Source: Macrostomum lignano (taxonomy: Eukaryota). Taken from it: DNA of 64,000 nucleotides. The notes below the pieces were generated by a model. That model searched no databases. It saw only the letters and a program-made list of their open reading frames with translations, and was not told where the DNA came from. The stretch lies in assembly GCA_002269645.1 (NCBI GenBank), contig NIVC01000352.1, positions 248,001 through 312,000 of the forward strand. Reading direction: 5' to 3'. This document shows, in pieces, positions 37,201 through 48,454 of this stretch. Every line of letters starts with the position of its first letter. Position 1 is the first letter of the stretch. A program made the position numbers and the translations under genes.

Positions 37201-37414
37201 TCAGACTGGATTGCTATTGTGAAGCTTCAGAGGATCCGAGGGCTGGATAAAGAGGCTTTGCTGGCTGCATGTGGCCCGCGGGCCGGACCCCTGATTCGCT
37301 GACCCCTGATTTTTAGCATTGATTTTATTGGCCACGGTACGCTCGTATTGCTACAGAGTCATAGAGATTTTTCTCGAGACCTGTTGTTTTACAAAATTGG
37401 GTCTTCTAGTGGCT

Positions 37415-38160
37415 CTTCTCTGACACCATGCAGACACTCCCTGACACCACAGACACTCCCTGACACCACAAACGGACACTCCCTGACACCACAGACACTC
37501 CCGGACACCACAGATACTCCCTGACACCACAGACACTCCCTGACACCACAGACACTCCCTGACGCCACAGAAACTCCCTGACACCACAGATACTCCCTGA
37601 CACTAAAAACGGACACTCCCTGACACCACAGACACTCCCTGACACCACAGACACTCCCTGACACCACAGACACTCCCTGACACCACAGACACTCCCTGAC
37701 ACCACAAACGGACACTCCCTGACACCACAGACACTCCCTGACGCCACAAACGGACACTCCCTGACACCACAGACACTCCCTGACACCACAAACGGACACT
37801 CCCTGACACCACAGACACTCCCTGACGCCACAAACGGACACTCCCTGACACCACAGACACTCCCTGACGCCACAAACGGACACTCCCTGACACCACAGAC
37901 ACTCCCTGACACCACAGACACTCCCTGACACCACAAACGGACACTCCCTGACACCACAGACACTCCCTGACACCACAAACGGACACTCCCTGACACCACA
38001 GACACTCCCTGACACCACAAACGGACACTCCCTGACACCACTGACACTCCCTGACACCACAGATACTCCCTGACACCACAAACGGACACTCCCTGACACC
38101 ACAGACACTCCCTGACACCACAGACACTCCCTGACACAAAAGATACTCCCTGACACCACA
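37415..38160. repeat. 19/23-bp tandem minisatellite (GACACTCCCTGACACCACA with or without AACG)
   Basis: Read directly; the VRECLWCQG-type ORFs are artefacts. Confidence 0.96.
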
Positions 38161-39374
38161 TCGGGGCGCCCAAAATTAAGTTATTCTTGACTAAAGCTGC
38201 CGTGCGCTGATTGACGTCTGTGCGATGTAAGCTCCTCTTTTATGCATCACAATAGCATCGCCTGTTTAACTGCACAAGGGCAAAGCATTACTTGCTACCG
38301 GCTCTTTAGGAGAGCTCAAATGCTTTTCGAATCTGTCGGGACTAAAAATAGCATTTGAGTTACAGATCATCAAAATTGAGCAAGGACCCCCACCGTGTTT
38401 ACACCTTTGGCTGAGGCTATGAAAGTGGTCCGTTGGTTACACATGGCGTGTATGAGCAGAATTAAGACACCGAGTTAGTAGTCTTAATTAGCGTATTAGG
38501 GCTATGCGGCATGCATTAAACGCGCATTAAACGCGCATTGCAATAAGCTAATAACAAAAAATATTTAACTACTGGCAGTAGGGCATATAGAACATAGTCT
38601 GCTACAAAGCAAAAAAGTTATTTTTCTAATTAAGACGTCAGTTTCCACATGAACAGTTACAGTCTGAGGTGGGTTGACAAGGTTGTTAAGGTCAATTTTT
38701 TTATGCTGCTGGAAGCTTTGAAATTTTAATTTGATAATTATTTCAGCCTGGTATCCACGTATTCAGTTTGTTTTACCGCGTGTGTTTCTAAGAAATACCG
38801 TACTGTTTAAAATGCATTTTAATCGCCAGTCGCAAGTGCAGCAACGCCCAACCCACCAGTGAACCGAGCTTCTATCACATTTATCTACTTCTAACACCAT
38901 GGACACAATTTACCATTGTATGATTTTGGAGGGGTATTTTCGAGTCTACCGATAATCTACCGATGCACGCCTTTTCGAATGTCAACAGGCAGTAGTGTAT
39001 GTCGATTGGCCGAATCCCGATTGCATGGCCTCTTGTCTGGAAAAACCTGCCTTCGCACGCAAAAAAAGTAGCTGCATTTGATTCGCATTTCCGTGCTGCC
39101 GAAACCAATTGCATAGAAAGGAATCCGCACACTTTGCAATGTTTTATTTTTCAAATGTGCATAATTATATTCGTTGCAAGTTCGAGATATGCTAAGTCGA
39201 AAAAATATTGTTAAATGAATGTCTGGTATCATGGCTCAATTTGTCGAAATGGGATGTTAGATTTGAAACACACATTGATCTGTTATTATCCTAAAGGGAA
39301 TCCATAAATATCAATATACATCAATATATACATATATTGTATATCAATGCATCAGTAAAAAGCAAAGAAAAAGT

Positions 39375-40228
39375 TCAGGACTTCAACTGAGCGCCTTCAG
39401 CGCCGATAATGAGCTGATCGAATTGCAGATTGTGGCTGCCCGCATTCTCTAGGCTGCTGGTTGAGCTGGCTACCAGCAGTTCGATGTGCCGCCGGCGTCG
39501 CTTAGTTGCCATAGCAACAGCTACGAAGGAAGCCACTGCCAGCAGGGCCAGCAGCACAGCGGCAGCGGCCAGGATGAGCAGAACCGGCCAGCCGCTCGGG
39601 GCCGGTCGAGACAGGCTGGCGCCCACCATGGGCACGTAGTCGGGCTCGTCACAGACGTCCCCGGTCCAGCCCGACGGGCACTGGCAGAAGACTCTCACTT
39701 TTGTCAGAGCCTAAAGGCGATGATGCAAGTGAAATTGGACAATTGTATGATAGAGTTACCGTTAGCAGATAAAAACACTAATTGTTGGTGCCGGAGCAGC
39801 TCAGAGGTAAAGGCATCTGCTAGCTGCCTCTCGTACCACGACCCCTGGTTCGATTCCGCGGTGCACGCTCATCTTAATTTGAGGCTTTGAGTACGAAAAA
39901 TTGGCCAGGGGTTTTGAGCGATTTACAAGCATGAGGGCCAACCTCCAAGGCACAGAGAGTGTACATGCCTGCATGACGATTAGAAAGGCAGGGCCGTGGT
40001 GCATCCTGTGTGAGCGTGTGTGCATGTATGACGTGTTCAGGAGTCAGCAGAAAGGGCCAGGGTTCTTACAACTCCCCTGCGAGTAATAATTGTTAGATTA
40101 TCACTAATTATTCAAGCCTTAATTGTCACCTGACAGAAACCGCCCTCCAGACAGACGCTGCCGTACATGTCCCGGAGGATTTGCAGTTGGCTTTCGGTGC
40201 AATTCTTCAGCAACGGAAATGAACTCAT
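39375..40228 (-). CDS. Atypical EGF-domain single-pass membrane protein, paralogue 3 (144 aa)
   Basis: Exon 40228-40130 MSSFPLLKNCTESQLQILRDMYGSVCLEGGFCQ (donor GTGACA); exon 39710-39375 ALTKVRVFCQCPSGWTGDVCDEPDYVPM..., then a TM helix and KRRRR. Confidence 0.85.
39785..40085 (+). mobile_element. tRNA-derived SINE family 2, most complete copy
   Basis: A-box-like AGCTCAGAGGTAAAG and B-box GGTTCGATTCC precede the shared family body. Confidence 0.72.
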
Positions 40229-40800
40229 GACTGTATTTGATATGGCTGTAATTCTTAGTCTATCGACAGGTAGCAGCACGAATTTTGGGTAATACTCTCG
40301 TTTTTAGCGGGATGGAGGATTGATTGCAGAGCGGTATATTTATAGCCAAGCAAGTGTGGCATTGCCCCTCCCCAATTGAAGTAATAGTTGACATGCTATT
40401 AAGCGTGGGCGAGGGCTAGACAGACAGGCCTGCCACAAAGTAAAAGATGGTCCGCGTTCTTCGCTCTACCCCCCAAAAACAAGCAAGAATGCGAATGCCC
40501 TCGAAACTGTATGCCAATGATGAGAGATGATACGCTTGTCGGCAATTCATTTTACAAGGTTGTTACTTAGAGAAATTCCGTTTTTTGGTTGTTTGAAATA
40601 ACGTCCAAAAAATAGGTTTGTTTTGCTTCAGGTTGTAAACACAATGAAATTACGAGCGTAAAAAGTAGAACGGCGAGAATTTATGAGTAATGTGTCGCAC
40701 TCTGGACTGTAGCTCGAAAAGGAACATTCGAACTCACGCTGTTGTCCTTTAGCGCAGAAACCTAAAGGACAAGATTTAGTCAAGGTCCTTGGACCTTGAC

Positions 40801-43680
40801 CGAAGCTGCAACAAGGCCTAGGGCAAGAAGTGCGATAGCTGTGGCAAGATGAACCACCTCGCTAAGGCTTGTCTCAGTAGCCGTTCGCGCATCAACGCAC
40901 TTGGCCACAACTCGGACGAACCGACCGACCAGTCATACGAGGAAGTGTTCTGCACGCTGGAAGACAAGAACGGGAGCGCAAAGTTCGTCATCAGCATCAA
41001 CGGCCACGCAGTCAGGGCGCTCATCGACAGCGGAGCGAGCTGCAGCGTGCTCGACCTGTGCACCTTCAGGCGGATCAGCAACCCGGGCACCAGGATCGAG
41101 CCCTGCAGCACAAGGGTTTTCCCACTTGGCGCAAGCCAACCGCTGGCCGTTGAGGGACAAGCCAGGCTGATCGTGTCGGCAAACGGGCACAAGCTGCAGC
41201 CGAACTTCATCATCATAAAAAGCAGCTGCACCCCATCATCGGAAGACAGACCAGCACCGAGCTCGGCATGCTACAGGTCGGCCCAGGAGCCAACAAGCAA
41301 CCCGTATTAGTGACAGGTCTCACCGGGTCACGAAACATCAACGACCAGCACCCGACCGACAACCCGCAGCTGCAAAGCGTCCTGACCGAATTCGAGGATA
41401 GGTTTCACGGCATCGGCTGCGTCAAAGGCGTCCGCGTTACCATCAAGCTGCGTCCCGAAGCCACGCCAACATGCCAAGCACCGTCACGCGTGCCAGTGCA
41501 CCTCAGAGACGCCGTCAGAAAAGAGCTGGAAGAGCAGCTTGCTCAGGGCATCATCGAGCGTGTCCACGGACCTACAGCATGGTGCTCAAGAATGGTGGCT
41601 GTTCCAAAGGACGACAAGGGACAAGGGAATCCGCATCACCCAGGATCTCCGCGAGGTCAACAAATTCGTGATTCCCGAGAAGCAACCGATTCCCACATTT
41701 AAGGAGGTTACGGACGAGATGTTTCTCAGAGTTAGATGTCGCCAAGGCCTTTCATCAAATCGAGGTGGCCGAAGATTCGAGGGAGCTCCTGACCTTCTCA
41801 ACGCCACTAGGCCTTATGCGACTGAGGCGCCTCTGCATGGGCTATACGTCAGCCTCCGAAATCCTGCAGCGCGTGATGACGACTGTTCTGAGCGGACTCC
41901 CGGCGTGCGCTGGGTACACGACGACATCCTCATCTACGCCAAGTGTATCGAAGAGCACAACCAGCGACTGCGCGACTGTCTGCAGCGGCTGCGAGACCAT
42001 AATATCACCCTCAACAGGGCGAAGTGCAGGTTCGCGCAGCAAGAAGTCGACTTCCTCGCCATGCGCCTCACAGCAGCCGGAATCCATCCCAGCACAGAGA
42101 AGGTGGCGGCCATTAACTGCTTCTAAAGACCGACCAAACGCTACCGAGGTCAGCCTCGTCACCTTTGTCGCTCGCTTCATTAGCAACCTGTCCGACAGGG
42201 CACGGCCGCTCCGAGATCTGACAAAGCACGGGGCAGAGTGGACGTGGGGCGACCATCAAGAAGCAGCTTTCATCGACATCAAGCGCACGTTAGCCAGTAG
42301 CCAGGCGCTGGCATCCTTCAGCAAAGACCTGCAGTCCCAGCTGATTGTCGATGCCAGTCCAACCAGAGCCGGCGTCATCCTAGCCCAAGTGCAGCCTGAT
42401 GGTTCGATTCGACCGGTGGCCTACGCGAGCCGCAGCCTCAGCGCCACCGCGAGCAGCGGTACTCGCAGACCGAGCGCGAGGCACTCGCAGTAAAGTATGG
42501 CTGCCTAAAATTTCATCATTATCTAAGCGGCTGTGAGCACTTTAAAGTCATAACTGACCACAGACCGCTCGTCTCGATGTTCAGCCCAGGATCTCGGCCG
42601 CATGGGTCTCGAACACATGGCTCTCCGACTGCAGGACCTTGCCTTCAGCGTCGTTTACCAGCCCGGAGCCGGAAACCCGTCCGACGTGCTCAGCCGGCAA
42701 CCGCTACCGCAGCCGCCAAACAACGGAGGCGAGCGGGCCGACGCAGCGTTCGTTGCCATGGTCATACAGGCAGCGACTTCGGTGTCTCTCAGCATATCAG
42801 CGATCAAGGCGGCTTTGGAGCAGGACCCGACAGTGCAGGCTGCATGCCGCGCCATTCGCACCGGCAGCAGATCTGAAGGACATCCGAGGCGTCAGGCACG
42901 AGCTGTCGGAACACGATGGCCTCCTATTGCGCGGCAGCCAGCTGTTCGTGCCTGGGGTGCTGCGGTTCCGGTGCCTTCAACTGGCCTATCAAGGACACCA
43001 AGGCATGCGGAAGACACTAGACCGCCTGCAGTCAAAGGTGTGGTGGCCCGGCATGCGCTCGGCAGTGGAGACTCATGTGGCCACCTGCATCAGCTGCACG
43101 GCCTGTAACAGCGAGGCGACTACGAAGGCAACGCCCTTGAAGCCGTCGGATCTGCCGGATGGGCCGTGGCTCGATCTCGGCCTTGACTTCCTGGGGCCCG
43201 TCGAAGAAAAGTCGTTACTCGTCTGCACCGATCACTTTTCTCGATTTCCGCTGGTTGAATTTATGGCAGACACAACGGCCGCCGCCACCATACGCGTGCT
43301 CAGACGGTGGTTTAGCATCTTCGGCCAGCCGCTCAAGGTGTCAACCGACAACGGGCCGCCTTTCTCATCATCGGATTTCACCAGCTTCATGAAAGACCAA
43401 GGAGTCCACCATCGTCGGATCACGCCGCTCTACCCGTAGGCTAACGGAGCCACCGAGCACTGCAACAAGGGGCCTCAACAAAGCCATACGCGCAGATGTC
43501 GCCGAAGGCAAAGACTGGACGGCAGCTGTCGACGAATACCTGGCCGCGTACCGGCGCACGCCGCACAGCTCGACAGGAGTCGCCCCAGCTAACCTGCTCT
43601 TCGGACGCCAATTCAATGACACAATCCCCAGTCTTCACCACTCGCGACCTGTGAAAGCGACGCTTGTACATCGGCCTTGC
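40801..43680 (+). pseudogene. Decayed Ty3/Gypsy gag-pol (zinc knuckle, protease, RT, RNase H, integrase) with multiple frameshifts and stops
   Basis: CDSCGKMNHLAKAC knuckle; ALIDSGAS protease; VHDDILIY RT; LIVDAS..LAQ..RPVAYASRSL RNase H; GHQG..C..C, LDFLGP, TDNGPPFSS, ITPLYP*ANG integrase. No flanking LTR pair was found. Confidence 0.93.
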
Positions 43681-43877
43681 GCGTACAATTCATGCACTTC
43701 AAGTGCGGCGATTCTCCACCCTCCTCACTCTGGTGGCGTGATTTTATTTCATAGTCTGAAAATCAATAAATATCGATCAGCCCACCTAGCAGGGCTCCAC
43801 CTTTCGTCTCAGCAAACTCTGGCCTTTCTTACTATAGCCATTACAAGGACAGAAGAGACGAGACGAGTCGAGAAAGC

Positions 43878-43908
43878 CAAGTCAAGTCAAGTCAAGTCAA
43901 GTCAAGTC
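43878..43908. repeat. (AAGTC)n microsatellite
   Basis: About 6 units. Confidence 0.85.
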
Positions 43909-45642
43909 CATGGACCTACAGCATGGTGCTCAAGAATGGTGGCTGGTTAATTAGCAACGGCAGAGGAGCAAGCAATGAAACCACTTGGGTCGCAGTTCTT
44001 CTAATTGTGCATGCGAATCGTCAGATGTAATATGTTGATATGGGGGGGGGGCGAGGCAAGGCTAGTTGAGGGTGGTTGGTTGCCGTTTTTTCCATAATTG
44101 TAGCCATTGAGGAGGACTCAGGCCCGGATGAGGCTAATCTATTGAGTTTCGCCGTCTCAAGTGGCGTCAGCACCAGCACGTGTCGATCCACCCCTTAGAT
44201 ACATGTAGCTTAATTAATTGGCTTTCAAATTGAAGCGTTCTTTATTAATTCCTTCTGGGGAGGACCCTTTGATGGAGGAATTTCAGTGAAGGCCTTTTTC
44301 TGTTTAGGGTCTGAACAAAAACAATTTTTTTGCGCTGGTTTTCTGTTAACTTATCGCTAAAAAATGCACCGACGATCAACTAGGCGGGTCGTTCTCAAAG
44401 TTTCGACGTAAGCAGTTAAGCAAATTTTTTTTAATCCGCCTTAAATTGAGGGCTTATTTTTTCATGTGGCTCGACAATACTATTAAAAATAAACGTTTAT
44501 GATTATAAACAGTCATTTTTATTTAAAATTCTTGAGTAAATGTCAAGAGTCTGCGCATCTTCGTTTTTTAATTTATTTTTTGGATTATCGCTTTATAGCG
44601 TAATACCCATTTTATAGATACAATATTTTTCTCACGTGGTCGTATCAAAAAGTAAAACTATCAAATATTATTTATATCTTGATTTCTTACAACCTGAAAG
44701 CCATTAAAACCTTTGGCTTGTTGAATTGACGTTTTTATTTTGACTTTTCTAGAAGCGTGACACTGTATGGGATGAAAAAAACTAACTTTCAGTTCATTCG
44801 TTCAGCTGATAGAATCAAAAGAGAGGTGTGTTTTCATCTGTTATTAAGAAAGATGGTCACAATTTACAATATAGTATCAAATTATTCAGTGTCATTTAAA
44901 ATTGTAAGAATTATGTTAATTAAATCACGAGTTTTTAGTTTTTCAATAGCACAAAATTAACCTAACAAATACAGATTAATCTGTCTACAATAAAACAAGC
45001 AGTACCAGAGTAGTTCTGTTTCAAAGCCTTCATCTGTGGCTTGAAAAAAAGTACTGCCTCTATGCCCCTAGTAAAGTATTAAAAAATTCTCAGCACATTG
45101 TTAGGTTTTTGGAAGGTATTTTTGTACATCTAAAATAAACTTGGCCATTTAAATGCCCAATCTGTTGATGAAAAACAACAGAATTTTACGCTTTGTACTT
45201 AAATTTATACTGATCTAATTTAAACTGGGTGTTGTTAGTTGTTTTTACTCAAAAGAAGATTTTTAGACTGATTTTTTAATATTTTATAGTACATTTTAAG
45301 TAGTCTGAAACAAAAATTAATATGCTAAGAAGCAGGAAAGAATAAAAGATGAATAAAAATGATGCCGTGCATTTTTATAGAAATACCATGAGAAAACAGT
45401 CTTGCATCTATGTATGAAATGATAGTTATAATTATGAAACTAATTTTCTAGAGTTTACTAAAATAACATTTCTATGCTTCTTACTTTCTAATTAGATCGA
45501 TTATGCATGATTAGTGATCTCAATTTTTAGGTAATAGATTCGGACTTTTGTTACATACCAACGACAAAAAGAAAATAGAAACATTTTTTAAAATTACTAC
45601 TGGCAATGGTAAAAATAGTACATCAGAAACGAATAATTATGC

Positions 45643-46013
45643 CAGGGACGTCGCCATGGATTCTATGGTTGAAGGGGGGGGACGAAGCCAAGAATTCAGC
45701 ATGTACACGACTAAATTTCTGCTGTATATTATTTTCGGAATGTGTTGTCAACTATCATTTAAGCGCCATAGGCACTCGTTTTAGTGCCTCAGCTGCACCA
45801 CTTCAGCACTGCTGGCATTCATTTTAGAACCGCTGGCACACATTTTAGAACCACAGGATCCATTTTCGCGCCGCAGACACTATTTTTGTCGTCCTGAAGC
45901 AACATTATTTTTTTCCATAACAGGTCAACGAAGGAATGCATGGTGGGGGACAAAGCATTTTACTGGGGGCTTGTCCCCTGCTGCACTGCCCCCCCCCGGT
46001 GGCGACGCTACTG
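45643..46013. mobile_element. Possible hAT-like MITE nested in the Sola-like element
   Basis: Imperfect TIRs CAGGGACGTCGCCA / TGGCGACGCTACTG; GC-richer than the surroundings; no clean TSD. Confidence 0.45.
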
Positions 46014-46138
46014 ATAACGCCACATCAAGTATTAAAAATTTATCCACATCAGCTCACTGCTTGAAGCTTAAACGTAGATTTATGTCAATAAGTCTAAGAA
46101 GTTAAATCTCAAAACCTATACATTTATCAAATAAATAA

Positions 46139-48454
46139 ATGAATTCCGTTCACTTTCAGCTCAAAAGCAACTGCTTCTTTAGTATGCCATCAAAGAAGCA
46201 GCGCGCTCGCGAGTCTTATAAAAAATGGGAGAATAAAAAGCGTTCCGCTGATCTTGAGGGATTCAAAGAGCAGAATCGATTGAGACAAAAAAAGTTCTAT
46301 TACAAACAAAAAAGTATCATGGAATCGGACGCAGTAAAAGACCAGAGAAGACGTCAGATTAAGCCTAATTCAAGGAATGATACTAAACAGATTAAGAGCA
46401 CTGCGAATGAGCGATTGAGTCGGTCTGAGGCTGCTAAGCAGCGGGAGATGAGAAAGAAAAAGGAAGAAATTTCGCGTTTGCTTGAACGGTTGAAGAAGGT
46501 GGAAGAAGAAAATAAAAAGCTGAAGCAGCAGAAGCGGCGAAGATCTAAGGCTGCTGTTTCTAGACAAGGTGCCTCTGACGATTCAGATGCCGCCGTCAAG
46601 CATATTGTGGATAGCGTCGTAGCAGTGAAACGAAAGAAGCACATGCAAGGCGTAGTTCGGCGCATTTGTGAGACTGCTGAGACTCCTGGAGTAAGAAAAG
46701 AGGTGCTCCGGCGATTGCACTGTTCCGGGAAAATTTTGAAGCCGCTTCCACCGCCAAAAGTGAAAAAGTTGCCAATGGCTGTTTCGGATTTTTTGTGTGA
46801 GGACCAAAACTCACGGGCGACTGCTGGAAGAAAAGAGACCGTGCTCAGAGGGTCGGAAAAGAAGCAGAAACGCTATCTTCTTTACGGAATGCAGATTTTG
46901 TACGAAAAATTTCTGTCTGAACACCCGACTGTAAAATGTAGCAGGGCTTCATTTTACCGTTACAAGCCGCCACATGTGCTTCAACCAAAAGTAGGCAATC
47001 GAGAACAGTGCCTGTGCCCACTGTGCACCAACGTCGACCTTTTGGTTGAAGGAATTTGTAAAGCAAAGCTAATAGATTCAACAGCTGACAAGCATGATCT
47101 TCTACGGAAGATTGTTTGCTCAGACGAGTCGTACAACTGTCTGAACAATATATGCCAGAAGTGCACTCAGCTTTCTCCTATCAAAGCTGGCGCCGCTGCT
47201 AATCAGCCAATTGTTGTGTACGACAAGTGGAAGCGTAGGACTGATGCGAATGGCATGGAGGTTGTAAAGAAAACGATGAACTGTGAGTTTGCCATAGCAA
47301 AACTTTTGAAACATTTGCGCAAATATGGCGCCCACTTCCTGCGCCTCCGACATCAATTTCGCGCTATTCGTCAGCTGAAGGACAATCTGGGCGAGCACCA
47401 CCTGGTGCTACACATTGATTTTAGCGAAGCGTATGGCGCAAAGTACCACCGCGAGACGCAACCAGCCCATTTTGGAGACCGCGGGCAGGTTACAATTCAC
47501 CAGGGTGTCGCCTACGGGGTGTGTGAACGGCGAGGTGTGTCATTTGCTTCTCTGTCGTTGGACCGCAACAAGAAGGCGGAAGCAATTGTTGCACACCTGC
47601 TACCTGTACTGAAGCACTTTTTATCCGTCTTAGGTGAAGTTGAGCGAGTCACCATCATTTCCGACTCCCCCAGCAGCCAATACCGCAACAGAATGACAAT
47701 TTTTTTGTTTGATCGACTGTTGCGGCGAATTGGCATCCATCGCTGGCAGTGGATCTTCACCGAGGCTGGCCACGGCAAGGGTGCCGCTGACGGTGTGGGA
47801 GCGGCCATTAAGCGGCGTTGCGACAACCGGGTGTCTACAGGTGAGCAGAGGCAGGTGGTCACGGTGCAGGACATGATGGAGGCAATGATGATCGGTGGCA
47901 GTAATGAAGAGAAAAAGATTTTGCTTTTCGAGGTTACAACCAGTGACATCGAGGAGTTTGGAAATGTGCTGCAGATGGTGAACCTGTCTACAATGCCGGG
48001 CATTGCCAACTGCCACCACGTCTGCCGAGTTGATGAAAGCGGCATCTTGTATCGGGAGCTGGTCTGTCTCTGCACAAAAGCTAATGATTACTGTCGGTGC
48101 CACAACGCTAGACTGTGGCAACCGCTGGCTTTGCCACCGATGCCAAGACAGCAGACAGTGCTTTCGGTGAAAGATGCAGCTGGTGCCGCAAGGTGTTCAA
48201 CTGGCAAGCGTGTCAGGGGTCAAGAGCGAGGTCGGGGTCATGGTAAGTCGGGGACTGAGGTCGAGCGCTGCAGTTCTACCATCTGTATTCAGCCTGCAAG
48301 TTTGAGAATCCAGTGGATTCAATGCGATGGCTGTGATGCCTGGCATCATTGTGAATGTGCTGGCTTTCCACCAAAGAGCAACCTGCCACAAAACTATTAT
48401 TGCTCACCTGATTGCGCCTTCGACCTCACACAGGCTGAGATGAGGGAACTTTGA
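46139..48454 (+). CDS. DDD-type transposase (Sola2-like) with Cys-rich region and C-terminal PHD finger, 771 aa, uninterrupted
   Basis: HIDFSEAY, IISDSPSSQYRN, EAGHGKGAADGVGAAIKR catalytic-type motifs; CLCPLC..C..C..C cluster; C-terminal CSSTIC..WIQCDGCDAWHHCEC..YYCSPDC (C4HC3). Confidence 0.85.
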   Translation: MNSVHFQLKSNCFFSMPSKKQRARESYKKWENKKRSADLEGFKEQNRLRQKKFYYKQKSIMESDAVKDQRRRQIKPNSRNDTKQIKSTANERLSRSEAAKQREMRKKKEEISRLLERLKKVEEENKKLKQQKRRRSKAAVSRQGASDDSDAAVKHIVDSVVAVKRKKHMQGVVRRICETAETPGVRKEVLRRLHCSGKILKPLPPPKVKKLPMAVSDFLCEDQNSRATAGRKETVLRGSEKKQKRYLLYGMQILYEKFLSEHPTVKCSRASFYRYKPPHVLQPKVGNREQCLCPLCTNVDLLVEGICKAKLIDSTADKHDLLRKIVCSDESYNCLNNICQKCTQLSPIKAGAAANQPIVVYDKWKRRTDANGMEVVKKTMNCEFAIAKLLKHLRKYGAHFLRLRHQFRAIRQLKDNLGEHHLVLHIDFSEAYGAKYHRETQPAHFGDRGQVTIHQGVAYGVCERRGVSFASLSLDRNKKAEAIVAHLLPVLKHFLSVLGEVERVTIISDSPSSQYRNRMTIFLFDRLLRRIGIHRWQWIFTEAGHGKGAADGVGAAIKRRCDNRVSTGEQRQVVTVQDMMEAMMIGGSNEEKKILLFEVTTSDIEEFGNVLQMVNLSTMPGIANCHHVCRVDESGILYRELVCLCTKANDYCRCHNARLWQPLALPPMPRQQTVLSVKDAAGAARCSTGKRVRGQERGRGHGKSGTEVERCSSTICIQPASLRIQWIQCDGCDAWHHCECAGFPPKSNLPQNYYCSPDCAFDLTQAEMREL

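Noticed and set aside
37351-38173. Cys-rich ORFs of up to 256 aa
   Set aside because: Translations of the 19/23-bp minisatellite.
43700-44150. Possible 3' LTR of the plus-strand Gypsy element
   Set aside because: No matching second LTR upstream, and no polypurine tract directly followed by a TG start.
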